DNA from: Leptospiraceae bacterium
Lineage (GTDB): Bacteria > Spirochaetota > Leptospiria > Leptospirales > Leptonemataceae
Direction: 5' to 3'
DNA: 64,000 bases
Assembly (NCBI GenBank): GCA_040217195.1
Contig: JAVJNR010000007.1
Span: 1-64,000, forward strand
In this document: positions 8,051-18,712 of the stretch, in pieces
Position numbering within the stretch: the stretch's first letter is position 1
Layout: every line of letters begins with the position of its first letter
Program-made: the position numbers and the translations under genes
The notes under the pieces: model-generated
Database searches by the model: none
Told to the model about the DNA's origin: nothing
Seen by the model: the letters and a program-made list of their open reading frames with translations, nothing else

Positions 8051-8216
8051 TGCAGCCGACGACGGTGGTTCGAAGCCTCATCAGCTATTGTCAGTAAAAT
8101 TTAGAAACCGAACAAGTCATTTTTTAGAAACTATAAACTTCGGGTAAGCAGCCTGTAGCACATTGCCGGCAGGCTTGCCGGCTCATTCTCAGGTTTCTAG
8201 AGTTGGGTTTTGGTCA

Positions 8217-9542
8217 TCAGGCATCCACTCGCTCAATGCGAGCCCCGAGTTTAATCAACCGTTCATCGATTCGAGCAAATCCACGATCAATCTGGCCAAT
8301 GTTTTGAATTGTGGATTCTCCCTGAGCGCAAAGTGCTGCGATTAGCATAGCCATGCCTGCCCGAATATCAGGGCTGGAAACAACGGCGCCGCTTAATGGC
8401 GATGGTCCCATAATCACTGCACGATGAGGATCGCATAAAACGATTCTAGCCCCCATAGAAATCAGGCGATCCACGAAGAACAATCTCGATTCGAACATCT
8501 TTTCATGGATGAGCACAGTACCGTTGCACTGAGTCGCAGTTACCAGAATTACGGAAGTCATGTCGGCCGGAAATCCAGGCCAGGGGGCGTCATCTATGTG
8601 CGGAACAGCGCCGCCCATATCGTTTATGATTTCCAGGTTCTGATCACCTGGAACTCGCAATGCATCCCCTTCCGGTCTTGTTTCAATGCCCAGGCGAGAG
8701 AATACCTGACGAATCATTCGTAGATTTTCCAGGTCAGCATCTTCAATCAATACTTCGCCACCAGTAACTGCTGCCAGAGAAATAAAGCTCCCTACCTCTA
8801 AATAATCGGAACTAACCCTATGGGTTGCCCCACCGAGTTTGCCAGTGCCTTTAATTCTTAGAATGTTAGAGCCAATGCCATCGATGGAAACTCCCATAGA
8901 AACCAGCAGCCGACACAACCCCTGAACATGTGGTTCGCTGGCTGCATGTCGAATGATGGTTTCTCCTTCTGCCATGACTGCAGCGCAAACGGCATTTTCG
9001 GTTCCCGTAACAGAAGCCTCATCCAGCCAGATATCCGCCCCCACTAGCTTGTCGGCTGTAAGCTCAAAGCCATCGGGAAACATTTGTACTTTGGCCCCCA
9101 GCGCCTGAAGGGCTAGAATATGAGTATCCAGTCTTCTACGACCAATCCTGTCTCCACCCGGCCTGGGCAAGAATACTCGGCCAGTGCGAGCCAGTAGAGG
9201 TCCGGCCAGAGTTACAGAACCGCGTAGCAGGGTAGATAGATCCGATGGGATATCGCTCTTAGGAGTATCCGGAGTATGGATGCGTACATGTCCTGGACTC
9301 CCTTCCACGGCCTGGACTTCCGCGCCCAGATGCTGGATAATGCCCATCATCTGACGCACATCTTCAATATCAGGAACGTTTTCCAGGATTACCGGTTCGG
9401 ACGTGAGCAAAGCGGCAGCTAACAGAGGGAGCGCTTCATTCTTGTTTCCTTCTGGTCTAATAACTCCGTGCAAAGGACGGCCGCCCTTCACTCGAAATAC
9501 CTTCTGGCCATCGGACATGGGTGCAGGTTCGACTGCTTTCAT
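8217..9542 (-). CDS. murA: UDP-N-acetylglucosamine 1-carboxyvinyltransferase (Asp-type active site)
   Basis: [32 protein letters not shown] and PDIRAG motifs. Confidence 0.96.
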   Translation of the reverse strand: MKAVEPAPMSDGQKVFRVKGGRPLHGVIRPEGNKNEALPLLAAALLTSEPVILENVPDIEDVRQMMGIIQHLGAEVQAVEGSPGHVRIHTPDTPKSDIPSDLSTLLRGSVTLAGPLLARTGRVFLPRPGGDRIGRRRLDTHILALQALGAKVQMFPDGFELTADKLVGADIWLDEASVTGTENAVCAAVMAEGETIIRHAASEPHVQGLCRLLVSMGVSIDGIGSNILRIKGTGKLGGATHRVSSDYLEVGSFISLAAVTGGEVLIEDADLENLRMIRQVFSRLGIETRPEGDALRVPGDQNLEIINDMGGAVPHIDDAPWPGFPADMTSVILVTATQCNGTVLIHEKMFESRLFFVDRLISMGARIVLCDPHRAVIMGPSPLSGAVVSSPDIRAGMAMLIAALCAQGESTIQNIGQIDRGFARIDERLIKLGARIERVDA

Positions 9543-9626
9543 CTACGGTCCAGCAGTAAATGGAGAAAGGCCCTGGCCGTCTGCAGAATGGCTTGACCCA
9601 GATTCAAGAGTCATCGTCCTTTCTGA

Positions 9627-10439
9627 ATGAGTCTTCCCGTAGTCTTAACCATAGCTGGATCTGATTCTGGAGGAGGAGCTGGAATACAGGCCGATCTGAA
9701 AACCTTTCAGGCCCTGGGCTGCTATGGAACAACGGCCATCACCGCCATAACCTGTCAGAATACTACAGGAGTGAGTGCGGTTCAGGCCATCGACCCGGAC
9801 ATCGTGGCCGGACAGCTCAGAGATGTACTCATAGATTTTCCGGTGGTGGCAGCTAAAACCGGAATGCTATTCTCCAGGGACATCATGGATGCTGTGCGAA
9901 ACACCTGGAAGAAGTATGCTCAAAAGCAAGCGTTGATTGTTGACCCGGTCATGGTGGCCTCCTCCGGCGATCGACTGCTAGAACCTGATGCAGAAGATGC
10001 GTTGATCGAATTCTTAAACGAAGCAACCTTGATTACTCCCAATCTACCAGAGGCTGAAGTTATACTGAATGCAAACATCACTAACCTCGAGGAAATGAAA
10101 GAAGCTGCCCGAAAGTTACATGAACAGACCGGTGCATCTGTATTACTCAAAGGAGGCCATCGACTATCCGAAAGCTCCAAGAACGAAAAGGTTTCCGATG
10201 TACTATTTCATGCTGGTGAATTGGAAGTCCTGGAATTTCCTCTGTATCCTGAAAAAAACACACATGGAACCGGATGCACTCTCAGCGCCGGAATAACTGC
10301 AGCCATGGCACAAAACATGGATTTACCTGCAGCGGTGAAGCTGGCCCGGGAGTTCATTGACGGAGCTATCAAAAATGCGCCCGGGCTTGGTTCCGGTACC
10401 GGACCTTTGAATCATCTCTGGAATCAAAAAATCAAATAG
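9627..10439 (+). CDS. thiD: Hydroxymethylpyrimidine/phosphomethylpyrimidine kinase
   Basis: [32 protein letters not shown] and THGTGCTLS motifs. Confidence 0.96.
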   Translation: MSLPVVLTIAGSDSGGGAGIQADLKTFQALGCYGTTAITAITCQNTTGVSAVQAIDPDIVAGQLRDVLIDFPVVAAKTGMLFSRDIMDAVRNTWKKYAQKQALIVDPVMVASSGDRLLEPDAEDALIEFLNEATLITPNLPEAEVILNANITNLEEMKEAARKLHEQTGASVLLKGGHRLSESSKNEKVSDVLFHAGELEVLEFPLYPEKNTHGTGCTLSAGITAAMAQNMDLPAAVKLAREFIDGAIKNAPGLGSGTGPLNHLWNQKIK

Positions 10440-10487
10440 GGCCCGCAGCCCGCGAAAATTCGATAGGCCGAGACGGCCTCTCTTAAA

Positions 10488-10536
10488 AGTTCTGAGTTCT
10501 GAGTTTAGCAGTTAGCAGTTAGCAGTTAGCAGTTAG
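10488..10536. repeat. Heptamer tandem repeat (AGTTCTG)2-AGTTTAGC-(AGTTAGC)3-AGTTAG
   Basis: Read directly between convergent genes; followed by hairpin AGACGCGG...CCGCGTCT (10535-10560). Confidence 0.85.
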
Positions 10537-10645
10537 ACGCGGCCAGAAATGACCGCGTCTGAAATACAATGCTGAAAAAAGAGATTCGAAGCTCAAAGAA
10601 ACCTTGACCGACTCCTCGGAAACCATCTGGCATTGTTGCTGCCAA

Positions 10646-11629
10646 TTATTCAGTTTCCAGAGTTACTACGGTTTCCATTTCCATGGGTATCTTCATGGAC
10701 TGAGCCATTTGAGGAGCTGAAAGAATCGTCATTTCGCCTTTCATATCCTGCTTCACTTCCGATCGCACTACAATGCCACGTTTCGTTTCAATCACCTGTT
10801 CTCCGGACTGTTTTCCACTAATATCGTATCCGAATTCCATGGTCATGATTTTAAGAGTCTGGCCTTCAATGCTACTAATCTCACCTTTCGTTTCAAGAGT
10901 AACTTCGCTTGAATCCATATCATCTACGGTATAGGTGTTTTCTACTTTAAGTGGAAATCCCGCTCCACCCAGATCGAATGTTTTTTCCCAGCTATCTCCT
11001 TCGCCCACCTTCTCTTTGGGATAGGGAAGATAACTTCTGGCCAGCATATGCTCCATAGTTTTGGAGCCAAATTGCTCTTTGAGCATTTTACGCACCTGCT
11101 TGCCCTGCGGAGTGTCCGGAATGTCCAGTCCAGAATAGACTCGATCCAGAAACTCCTCAACACCGATCATATCCAGAACTTCTGCCTGGGGCGAAAGCTT
11201 CACTGAAAAGCCATTTCCGATCATCACAGAATATGCGATAGCTTCGGGATCCGAAGGATTCTTATCCTTTTCTGAATCATACACGGTCTTTCTACCGGGA
11301 GAATTGGAATCTGAGCCTTCCGAAACTGTGGACTGTTCCTTCTCAACCTTGATTCGGTCATACGTTAGCTTGATAGTAATACCATCCGGGTCCACGCCAG
11401 TGCATTCGACGGTATAGGTAATTGCTGTGGTGCTCTTTTGAATCTGTCTGGTAGATGCAGACCCGGGAGCCATGGAAGGAAGCTCCTGAACTATCTTTTG
11501 CTTTGTAGTTACGGTCTGAACGTATTTATCGCCTTGCTTCAGACGAACTCGCAACTCCACAGGCTCTGATGGCTGGCATTGAACCAGAACAAAGAGCAAG
11601 GAAAGGGTGATTAGATGAAACCTGAACAT
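10646..11629 (-). CDS. Lipoprotein of unknown function (DUF6263-like)
   Basis: GGAGG RBS before ATG 11629; lipobox LVQC; VGEGDSWEK motif. Family call is from recall. Confidence 0.65.
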   Translation of the reverse strand: MFRFHLITLSLLFVLVQCQPSEPVELRVRLKQGDKYVQTVTTKQKIVQELPSMAPGSASTRQIQKSTTAITYTVECTGVDPDGITIKLTYDRIKVEKEQSTVSEGSDSNSPGRKTVYDSEKDKNPSDPEAIAYSVMIGNGFSVKLSPQAEVLDMIGVEEFLDRVYSGLDIPDTPQGKQVRKMLKEQFGSKTMEHMLARSYLPYPKEKVGEGDSWEKTFDLGGAGFPLKVENTYTVDDMDSSEVTLETKGEISSIEGQTLKIMTMEFGYDISGKQSGEQVIETKRGIVVRSEVKQDMKGEMTILSAPQMAQSMKIPMEMETVVTLETE

Positions 11630-11842
11630 GAAACCTCCGACAGAAGACGTAAGAATTTCTCCAGAACCCGCTCTCCTGTTGCAAAGTAAATATATTTTCT
11701 TTCCATTCACCCTACATAAAATACCCCATCCCGGTATATGAATCGCTTTTCCGACAGAACCATGGACGGAGATATTCTCCGATTCTATTATTTTTTCATT
11801 GCACGGACATTTCCAATGAGTCTAAATACATAGCATTATCCG

Positions 11843-14413
11843 ATGGTCTGGTTTATCAAAGCAATCCTACTTCTGCTGCCACTGCTTATTTTGAACTGCC
11901 AGAAGCAGGAATCGGCATTTGCAGCTCCAGGTATCATAGACCTGCGAAATACCTCAGATAGCCAGGTGGTGACCATTCATGGTCCGGTTCGCTTCTATCC
12001 CAACCAGTTGCTGAGCGAAACTGAATTTCAGGGAAATGCATCCAGCCTTGTTCAAATCCCTGGATCCTGGAACCTATATCCCACCGAGGAAGGGCCGTTC
12101 GGCAATTCTGGCTACGGAACCTTTGAATTTACTGTATTGCTATCACAGAAAAGCCGCCTGGGAATCAAAATGTCAGACATTGGGACGGCCTATCGACTCT
12201 ATGTTGATCGGGAGCTCCTTGGACATAGAGGAAAGGTAGGTCGCACGGCCAATCAGCATGAGCCGGACGTTGGAGAGGAGCTATTCCAGTTCAAACCCAG
12301 AAGCAACACAGTGATGGTGCACGTGGAAGTGTCCAATTTTAGCTACAGGAAAGGAGGAGTGTGGAATCCAATTACGATTGGCGATTCTTATGCAGTGGGC
12401 CGAATGAATTGGAGAGATAGCTCGGTACAGACTTTAATGGTAGGAATATTACTGATTATGGGTCTGTATCATTGCGGATTCTTTTTAATTCGAAAACAGG
12501 AAACCGCTCTGTTCTTTTTTGGTCTGAGCTGCTTTCTGGTGGCGCTACGTGAATTGACGCTGGGTCCCCGCCTGCTTCCGCTGCTACTGCCGGAAGTCTC
12601 CTGGGTGGGTTATCTGCGGATGGAGTACTTCTGCTTTTTTCTGGCCCTTCCAGTATTCGCTTACTACGGAAAGGCACTTTTCCCTCGGTACTTCTATAAT
12701 CCAGTATCGCTGCTCTATCTTGCAATATCAGTTTTTGCCTGCGGGCTAACCCTCTTTACCGAACCACTCTTCTTTTCGCATATCATCCCCTATTTCCAGT
12801 ATGTCATGCTGACATTCATCATATATGGACTGGTGGGATTGATTCGGGCCGCAACCAGAACAGAATCCGGTGCAAGAACCCTGTTAGTTTCCAGCATAAT
12901 TATGGCTGCCACTGTAGTGCATGATACCTTGCTTGTCAGACATTATTATGATGGTCCTCGCATTGTCGCTCTCGGACAGATTCAATTTGTGGTAGCCCAG
13001 GCATTTATGCTTGCTCTTCGCTTTTCCAGAAGTATGCGAAGGGTAGAGACTTATAATCAGACAATGCAGCAGAGAAATGACAACCTTCTGCAATTAAAGT
13101 CCAGTCTGGAGCTCAGGTCACTGTATGATGATCTTACTGGCGTAGGCAACCGAAGCCTCCTGATGGATACAATTGAAAAGTTGATTCGAGAGAACCCGGA
13201 CGAACAATTCTCGCTAATGCTACTGGATATTGACGATTTTCGCAAAGTAAATGACTCCGCCGGTCACATTGTGGGCGATACAATGCTGATCGAAATTGCA
13301 CGGCGACTGAAATACAAAATGCCCGCCAGGGATCAGCTTTTTCGCCTGGAAGGGGACGAGTTTGCAGTGATTCATTATCATTCAGGATCTTCTGAAGAGA
13401 CCCGTCGTTTTGGCAGTAGGTTGCGAGACATTTTTTCTCAACCAGTGGAAATCGGTGAGTCATCCTTTCAAACCACTGTAAGCGTGGGAATCGCTCATTT
13501 CCCGGAACACGGTCAAACTCCTTTGATGCTATTTCGAAGTGCCGATTCCGCTGTGATCCATGCCAAGAGAGAAGGCAAGGACCGGGAAGAGGAGTTCGAT
13601 TCTGAAAGCGACATGGAGCATCGGATTCGACTGGATCTATCCGAAAGACTGGAGCAAGCAATTCGCAACCAGGAATTGTCCGTTTATTTTCAACCAATCG
13701 TAGATCTAAAAACATCCAGTATCATTGGTGGTGAGGCTTTACTTCGCTGGCAGGAGCCTGAACTGGGTTTTGTGGCTCCGGACGTTTTTATTCCCATCGC
13801 AGAGGAAACCGGACAAATTCGACAACTGGGCGGTCTGGTCCTGGAGGAATCCATGGCAGCACTGGCACGATGGAATAACATCCGCAATGATTTCTCTATC
13901 AACGTTAACATTTCTCCCGGTCAGCTAAACCGCGGAGACCTTCGCAGCAGACTGCGAAGTCTGATCGAGGAGCATTCGGTTAATCCTGCCAACATTAAAC
14001 TGGAGATCACGGAAAATCTACTTCTTCAGGACAAAAACATAGATCTACTTCAAAACGTTCGAGAACTAGGCATTCGCCTGGTAATGGATGACTTTGGCAC
14101 CGGCTATTCCTCATTCGCCTATTTACAGAAAAACCTATTCGAAGTACTGAAAATAGACAAGAGTTTTATGCTTCGACTCCTGGATGATGAAAAGGCCGCT
14201 CCGCTGGTACGCGCCATGGTACAAATGGCCCATAGTCTGGGCCTGGAAGTTGTGGCTGAAGGTATTGAAACCCAGGAAATCGCTGATTATATGGCAGAGC
14301 TCAATTGTGAAATGGGACAAGGATATTTATACAGCAAGGCCATACCTATTCCAGATTTCGAAAAACTGTATATAGACCCGGCTCGTCCGTCTCTCAGCTC
14401 AGCAAATTCCTGA
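11843..14413 (+). CDS. 7TM-DISM sensor GGDEF-EAL protein (likely c-di-GMP phosphodiesterase)
   Basis: Extracytoplasmic domain plus 7 TM segments; YDDLTG and EGDEF; EALLRW, DDFGTGYSS and VAEGIE. Confidence 0.92.
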   Translation: MVWFIKAILLLLPLLILNCQKQESAFAAPGIIDLRNTSDSQVVTIHGPVRFYPNQLLSETEFQGNASSLVQIPGSWNLYPTEEGPFGNSGYGTFEFTVLLSQKSRLGIKMSDIGTAYRLYVDRELLGHRGKVGRTANQHEPDVGEELFQFKPRSNTVMVHVEVSNFSYRKGGVWNPITIGDSYAVGRMNWRDSSVQTLMVGILLIMGLYHCGFFLIRKQETALFFFGLSCFLVALRELTLGPRLLPLLLPEVSWVGYLRMEYFCFFLALPVFAYYGKALFPRYFYNPVSLLYLAISVFACGLTLFTEPLFFSHIIPYFQYVMLTFIIYGLVGLIRAATRTESGARTLLVSSIIMAATVVHDTLLVRHYYDGPRIVALGQIQFVVAQAFMLALRFSRSMRRVETYNQTMQQRNDNLLQLKSSLELRSLYDDLTGVGNRSLLMDTIEKLIRENPDEQFSLMLLDIDDFRKVNDSAGHIVGDTMLIEIARRLKYKMPARDQLFRLEGDEFAVIHYHSGSSEETRRFGSRLRDIFSQPVEIGESSFQTTVSVGIAHFPEHGQTPLMLFRSADSAVIHAKREGKDREEEFDSESDMEHRIRLDLSERLEQAIRNQELSVYFQPIVDLKTSSIIGGEALLRWQEPELGFVAPDVFIPIAEETGQIRQLGGLVLEESMAALARWNNIRNDFSINVNISPGQLNRGDLRSRLRSLIEEHSVNPANIKLEITENLLLQDKNIDLLQNVRELGIRLVMDDFGTGYSSFAYLQKNLFEVLKIDKSFMLRLLDDEKAAPLVRAMVQMAHSLGLEVVAEGIETQEIADYMAELNCEMGQGYLYSKAIPIPDFEKLYIDPARPSLSSANS

Positions 14414-15038
14414 GCAACTGGCCGTCAAATCGGCCTATTTTTTCAAACCCTGGAACTTCTGGACCATCCAGGAGAATTCTCTCCAGGGCTTTGCGTGCGC
14501 GAAAGACCTTAACCTTTACCGCTCCCGGAGTAGAATCAACTGTACTGGCTATTTCTGCAAATGTCAATCCATCCAGGTCGTGCATGATCAGCGGATATCT
14601 CTGTCCCTCGGGGAGCTTCTGCAGAGCACCGTGGATCAGATGCTTTCTGTATTTTTCTTCGCACATACGATCCGGATCATCTTCAGGCCTGGAGATTTCC
14701 GGAAACTCCTGCCCGGTGTGACGGTTTCTGTGATTGGATCGTTTCTTTCGGAAATTCAATATCACATAGACTGTTACCTGATAGGCCCAGGTGTAAAGGC
14801 TGGACTGGTTGCGAAATCCGGGCAGTGAACGATCAATCTGTACATAAGCTTCTTGCAAAGCATCTATGGCATCATCGTAGTTGCCCAGCATACGAAAGCA
14901 AAGGTTATACAAGCGACTCTGGTATTCCTGAATAAATAATCTCCAGGCCCGGTCCTTTTTTCCGGCATTTAAATCCGCCAGTATCTGCTCTTGAGCCGGT
15001 GTCCTTTCCTGGCCTATCGTTGCTTCTGTGCTTTTCAT
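14394..15038 (-). CDS. ECF RNA polymerase sigma factor
   Basis: DAIDALQEAY and FRNQSSLYTWAYQV (region 2); LTFAEIA...GAVKVKVFRARKAL (region 4). Confidence 0.92.
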   Translation of the reverse strand: MKSTEATIGQERTPAQEQILADLNAGKKDRAWRLFIQEYQSRLYNLCFRMLGNYDDAIDALQEAYVQIDRSLPGFRNQSSLYTWAYQVTVYVILNFRKKRSNHRNRHTGQEFPEISRPEDDPDRMCEEKYRKHLIHGALQKLPEGQRYPLIMHDLDGLTFAEIASTVDSTPGAVKVKVFRARKALERILLDGPEVPGFEKIGRFDGQLLRNLLS

Positions 15039-15065
15039 ATTTTTACCTACCGATTACCCACCGCC

Positions 15066-15662
15066 CTAATTTTCGGAATTCTGTAGAGCCCGGTTTCGAA
15101 TATCTTCCAGATCGTTGTCGGTCTGAATTTTTTGAAAGGGGCCGCCAACATACCCGGCTGCTAAAAAGAAATACGAAGAGTGCTCATTGGCCAGTCTTTC
15201 CATTGCACCGGAATCCCTGCGTGCTTTAAGTATTTTTGAGAGTACCGCTCCGGCCGAAGGTCCATTACCGGAGGGTTCGGACTCCAGGATGATTAGTTCA
15301 GAAGGAATTTTTCGCAATATGGCAAACTCGGCCAGAACTCGCCCGCTTCGCAAACAGCACAGTGCAGAGGCTCCGCAACTAAAGGACAGAGTATGCAGGT
15401 GCTCGGCTTCGCCCCGGGTTACTGCCGTCTTATCCTCTTCTGGAAAGAGTAGCAGGCCATGGGCAAATTCAAGGAACTCTTCTTTTAAAAGCTGTGATGT
15501 GGACTGAAAAAAATCCAATGGAGAGGCGGGATTCTCCGGGGACCGTTCGCCTTCGATCAAGAAAGTCAGAAGCCCCTGAGCTGAGCTATTTGCTCTGGTA
15601 GCCAGATCTGCAAGAATGTCCTCCCTGCATGATTGTGGCAGAATTCTTGCCTGGCGTAGCAT
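15066..15662 (-). CDS. Hypothetical protein
   Basis: 198-aa ORF filling the gap between gyrA and the sigma gene on the same strand. Confidence 0.5.
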   Translation of the reverse strand: MLRQARILPQSCREDILADLATRANSSAQGLLTFLIEGERSPENPASPLDFFQSTSQLLKEEFLEFAHGLLLFPEEDKTAVTRGEAEHLHTLSFSCGASALCCLRSGRVLAEFAILRKIPSELIILESEPSGNGPSAGAVLSKILKARRDSGAMERLANEHSSYFFLAAGYVGGPFQKIQTDNDLEDIRNRALQNSEN

Positions 15663-15747
15663 CTTTCTCTTAGTCTGCCAGCTGATTCAAAGGTTACGCT
15701 TTTTTTGAGGTTTTCCGTACGAATCTTCAAGGCTAACAGAGTGAAAT

Positions 15748-15774
15748 GGGTCCGGGCAGATTTTCCCCGGACCC
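15748..15774 (-). terminator. Hairpin downstream of gyrA
   Basis: GGGTCCGGG-N9-CCCGGACCC with a weak U tract. Confidence 0.45.
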
Positions 15775-15786
15775 TGAGCAGCCCGA

Positions 15787-18429
15787 CTAAAGATCCGTGG
15801 CCAGAATAGCCACATCTCGAACGGTATCCCCTTCAGACAGGTTTACTACTCGAACACCTACCGTGTTTCTTCCTATAGCCGAAATGTCCTTTGCCGGCAG
15901 GCGGATGGCATATCCACTTTCTGCGATAACCAGAATATCGTCCTTGTCTCCAAGAGTACAGAGAGATACTGCTTTTCCATTCTTGTCAGCAACCTTCATA
16001 TAGGTTATCCCTTTTCCGCCGCGACCTTTGGCCGGAAAGTTAGAGAATGCCATCCTTTTTCCGAATCCCTTCTGAGAGATTACGAACAATGAAGAGTTCT
16101 TCTTAACTACATCCATTCCTACAATGGCATCCTCTTTATCCAGCCGCATTCCGATGATGCCTGCGGCGCTTCGGCCCTGGCTGCGCATTCTGGCCAGATT
16201 TGTGCGAAGGGCCAGGCCTTCCCGGCTTCCTATGATTACATCGTCATCCGGATTAACCAGGCAAACATTGATCAGTTCATCCTCTTTGCGAAGGTTGATG
16301 GCAATAATTCCGCCTTTTCTAGCATTCTCGAAGATGTCCAGGCTACATTTCTTGAGTATACCTTCGCGGCTGATCATAACGATTGCCTGGGACTCGGTGA
16401 ACTCCTTCACTGCAGTCATGGCTGTAATCTTTTCTTCCTGAGCCAGATTCAACAGAGCCTTCACGGACTTACCCCGGGCTTCCCGGCTGGCTTCTGGAAG
16501 CTCAAGGACTTTGATTCCAAACACCTTTCCTTTATTGGAAAATAGGAGCAGTGTATCATGAGTGGAACCAAGACGCATCAAGCGAATGATGTCTTCTCGC
16601 TTGGAACCTCCCCGCACTCCGCGACCGCCACGTTTCTGACGACGGAAGGAATCCACTCCCATACGCTTGATGAACCCATCTTCTGTCAATGTGATGACCA
16701 CATCTTCATCAGGAATCAGATCCGTTACGTCAAAGCTCAATGTATCTACACTGCTGGTGTCTACTTCCGTGGCACGCTTGGAACCGTACGCGGACTTCAT
16801 ATCGCCCAATTCGTCTGAAACGATGGTATACTGTCGCTTTTCGCTCTTTAGAATATCTTTGTAATCCTTGATTTTAGTCCTGAGTTCGTTCAGTTCCTCA
16901 ATTATCTTTTCCGATTCCAGGCTTGTAAGTTTCTGGAGACGCATATCCAGAATGGCATTTGCCTGAATTTCGGTAAGCTTGAATCGCTTGATTAGCTTCT
17001 GACGAGCTTCGTCTACAGTCTTGGATCCGCGAATGATTTTGATTACTTCATCGATGAAATCGAGGGCAATCTTCAATCCTTCCAGAATATGAGCTCTCTT
17101 CTCTGCCTGATCCAGTTCATACTGAGTTCGGCGAACCACCACCTCTCTGCGATGTTTAACAAAATGAGCTAGAATCTCTTTAAGGTTTAGAATTCTGGGC
17201 TGACCATCCACCAGAGCAAGGAAGATGATACCATAACTAACCTGGAGCTGAGTTTGCTTGAATAGCTGATTGAGTACAATTTGAGTCATGGCATCTTTTT
17301 TGAGTTCAATCTCAACTCGAATACCATGACGGTCCGAAAGGTCTTTGATGTCTGCGATGCCTTCAATGACTTTGTTGCTTACTAAATCACCGATTTTCTC
17401 AAGCAGATTCTTCTTGTTTACCTGGTATGGAATCTCTGTAATTACAATTACATCCCTTCCCTTCTTTCCTTCTTCCACATCCACCTTGGCGCGAATGCGA
17501 AAGGATCCGCGACCACTGGTATAGGCAGATTTCAGACCTTCGCCACCAATGATAATTCCAGCTGTAGGGAAATCCGGGGCCGGAATGTATTTCATCAAAT
17601 CTGCAGGAGTTAAGTCCGGGTTCTGAATCAATGCATGGCATGCATCTATAACTTCGGTGGGATTATGGGGAGGAATGTTGGTGGCCATACCCACCGCGAT
17701 TCCACTGGAACCGTTAATAAGCAGATTGGGTAGAGCAGCCGGCAGTACCTTGGGCTCCTGCTTCGTATCGTCAAAGTTTGGTAGGAAATCTACTGTATTT
17801 TTATCTATGTCCTTCAGTAGCTCTTCGGCGGCTCGAGTAAGCCGAGCTTCTGTATATCGATAGGCAGCCGGATTATCACCATCGATGGATCCAAAGTTAC
17901 CCTGGCCCTGAACCAGAGGAACGCGCATAACAAAGTCCTGTGCCATACGGACCATGGTGTCATAGGCTGCGGAGTCTCCGTGAGGGTGATAGTTACCAAT
18001 AACTTCACCTACCACCTTGGCAGACTTCACGAAAGGACGATCATGCCTCCAGGCTCTCTCATGCATCGCATATAGAATTCGACGATGCACAGGCTTCAGA
18101 CCATCCCGCACATCTGGCAGAGCTCGGCCTACAATTACGCTCATGGCATAATCCAGATAGGCCTCTTTCATCTGGTTATCGATGGATACGTTAACTGTGC
18201 GAAGACCTTTCTGGAGCGCGGCTGCAATGTCTATACGTTCAATAACCGGTGTCTCTGTGGCCGTCAGTGCACCACTACCTGAACGGGGCTTTTTGCCAGA
18301 GGTGGGCTCAGGGCCTGCCGGTGCGGATTTCTTTGATTCTTTGGCGGAAGCGGACTTCTTTGCTGCGGACTTTTTCGCTGCCTTTGGAGCCGACTTCTTG
18401 GATGATTTAGAGGACTTCTTTTTTGCCAT
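15787..18429 (-). CDS. gyrA: DNA gyrase subunit A with a Lys/Ala/Ser-rich N-terminal extension
   Basis: RALPDVRDGLKPVHRR, YHPHGDS, AAYRYTE, GyrA box QKRGGRG and a beta-pinwheel CTD. Confidence 0.97.
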   Translation of the reverse strand: MAKKKSSKSSKKSAPKAAKKSAAKKSASAKESKKSAPAGPEPTSGKKPRSGSGALTATETPVIERIDIAAALQKGLRTVNVSIDNQMKEAYLDYAMSVIVGRALPDVRDGLKPVHRRILYAMHERAWRHDRPFVKSAKVVGEVIGNYHPHGDSAAYDTMVRMAQDFVMRVPLVQGQGNFGSIDGDNPAAYRYTEARLTRAAEELLKDIDKNTVDFLPNFDDTKQEPKVLPAALPNLLINGSSGIAVGMATNIPPHNPTEVIDACHALIQNPDLTPADLMKYIPAPDFPTAGIIIGGEGLKSAYTSGRGSFRIRAKVDVEEGKKGRDVIVITEIPYQVNKKNLLEKIGDLVSNKVIEGIADIKDLSDRHGIRVEIELKKDAMTQIVLNQLFKQTQLQVSYGIIFLALVDGQPRILNLKEILAHFVKHRREVVVRRTQYELDQAEKRAHILEGLKIALDFIDEVIKIIRGSKTVDEARQKLIKRFKLTEIQANAILDMRLQKLTSLESEKIIEELNELRTKIKDYKDILKSEKRQYTIVSDELGDMKSAYGSKRATEVDTSSVDTLSFDVTDLIPDEDVVITLTEDGFIKRMGVDSFRRQKRGGRGVRGGSKREDIIRLMRLGSTHDTLLLFSNKGKVFGIKVLELPEASREARGKSVKALLNLAQEEKITAMTAVKEFTESQAIVMISREGILKKCSLDIFENARKGGIIAINLRKEDELINVCLVNPDDDVIIGSREGLALRTNLARMRSQGRSAAGIIGMRLDKEDAIVGMDVVKKNSSLFVISQKGFGKRMAFSNFPAKGRGGKGITYMKVADKNGKAVSLCTLGDKDDILVIAESGYAIRLPAKDISAIGRNTVGVRVVNLSEGDTVRDVAILATDL

Positions 18430-18712
18430 AAGCAGGTTCAGAATTCGCTTCGTGGCCCCTCAAGTAAACAAGATTCCCCCTTTTCATAGCCCCGGAATGG
18501 GACTAAAAACAGCCATTTAAAGGCGGATTCCGGGTTCATTCGGCCAATTCGCAGCTTCGGGGGTTCCTATGACCCGGCCCAATTTCGGTACTTTCAACCA
18601 GGCGATTTTGCCTACAGTAAAGCGTCCGGCTTGAGCCTGCCTGGACCATGGCAGCAATACGTGCAGATACACGTTTCTTGACCCGCCAACCCTCTGCTCT
18701 TTTCTGACCTAT

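Noticed and set aside
8044..8090. Hammerhead-like CTGATGA...GAA on the minus strand
   Set aside because: GAAC rather than GAAA, almost no stem II and no stem I pairing.
17955..17990. Quinolone-resistance substitution in GyrA
   Set aside because: HGDSAAYD keeps the Ser83- and Asp87-equivalent residues.
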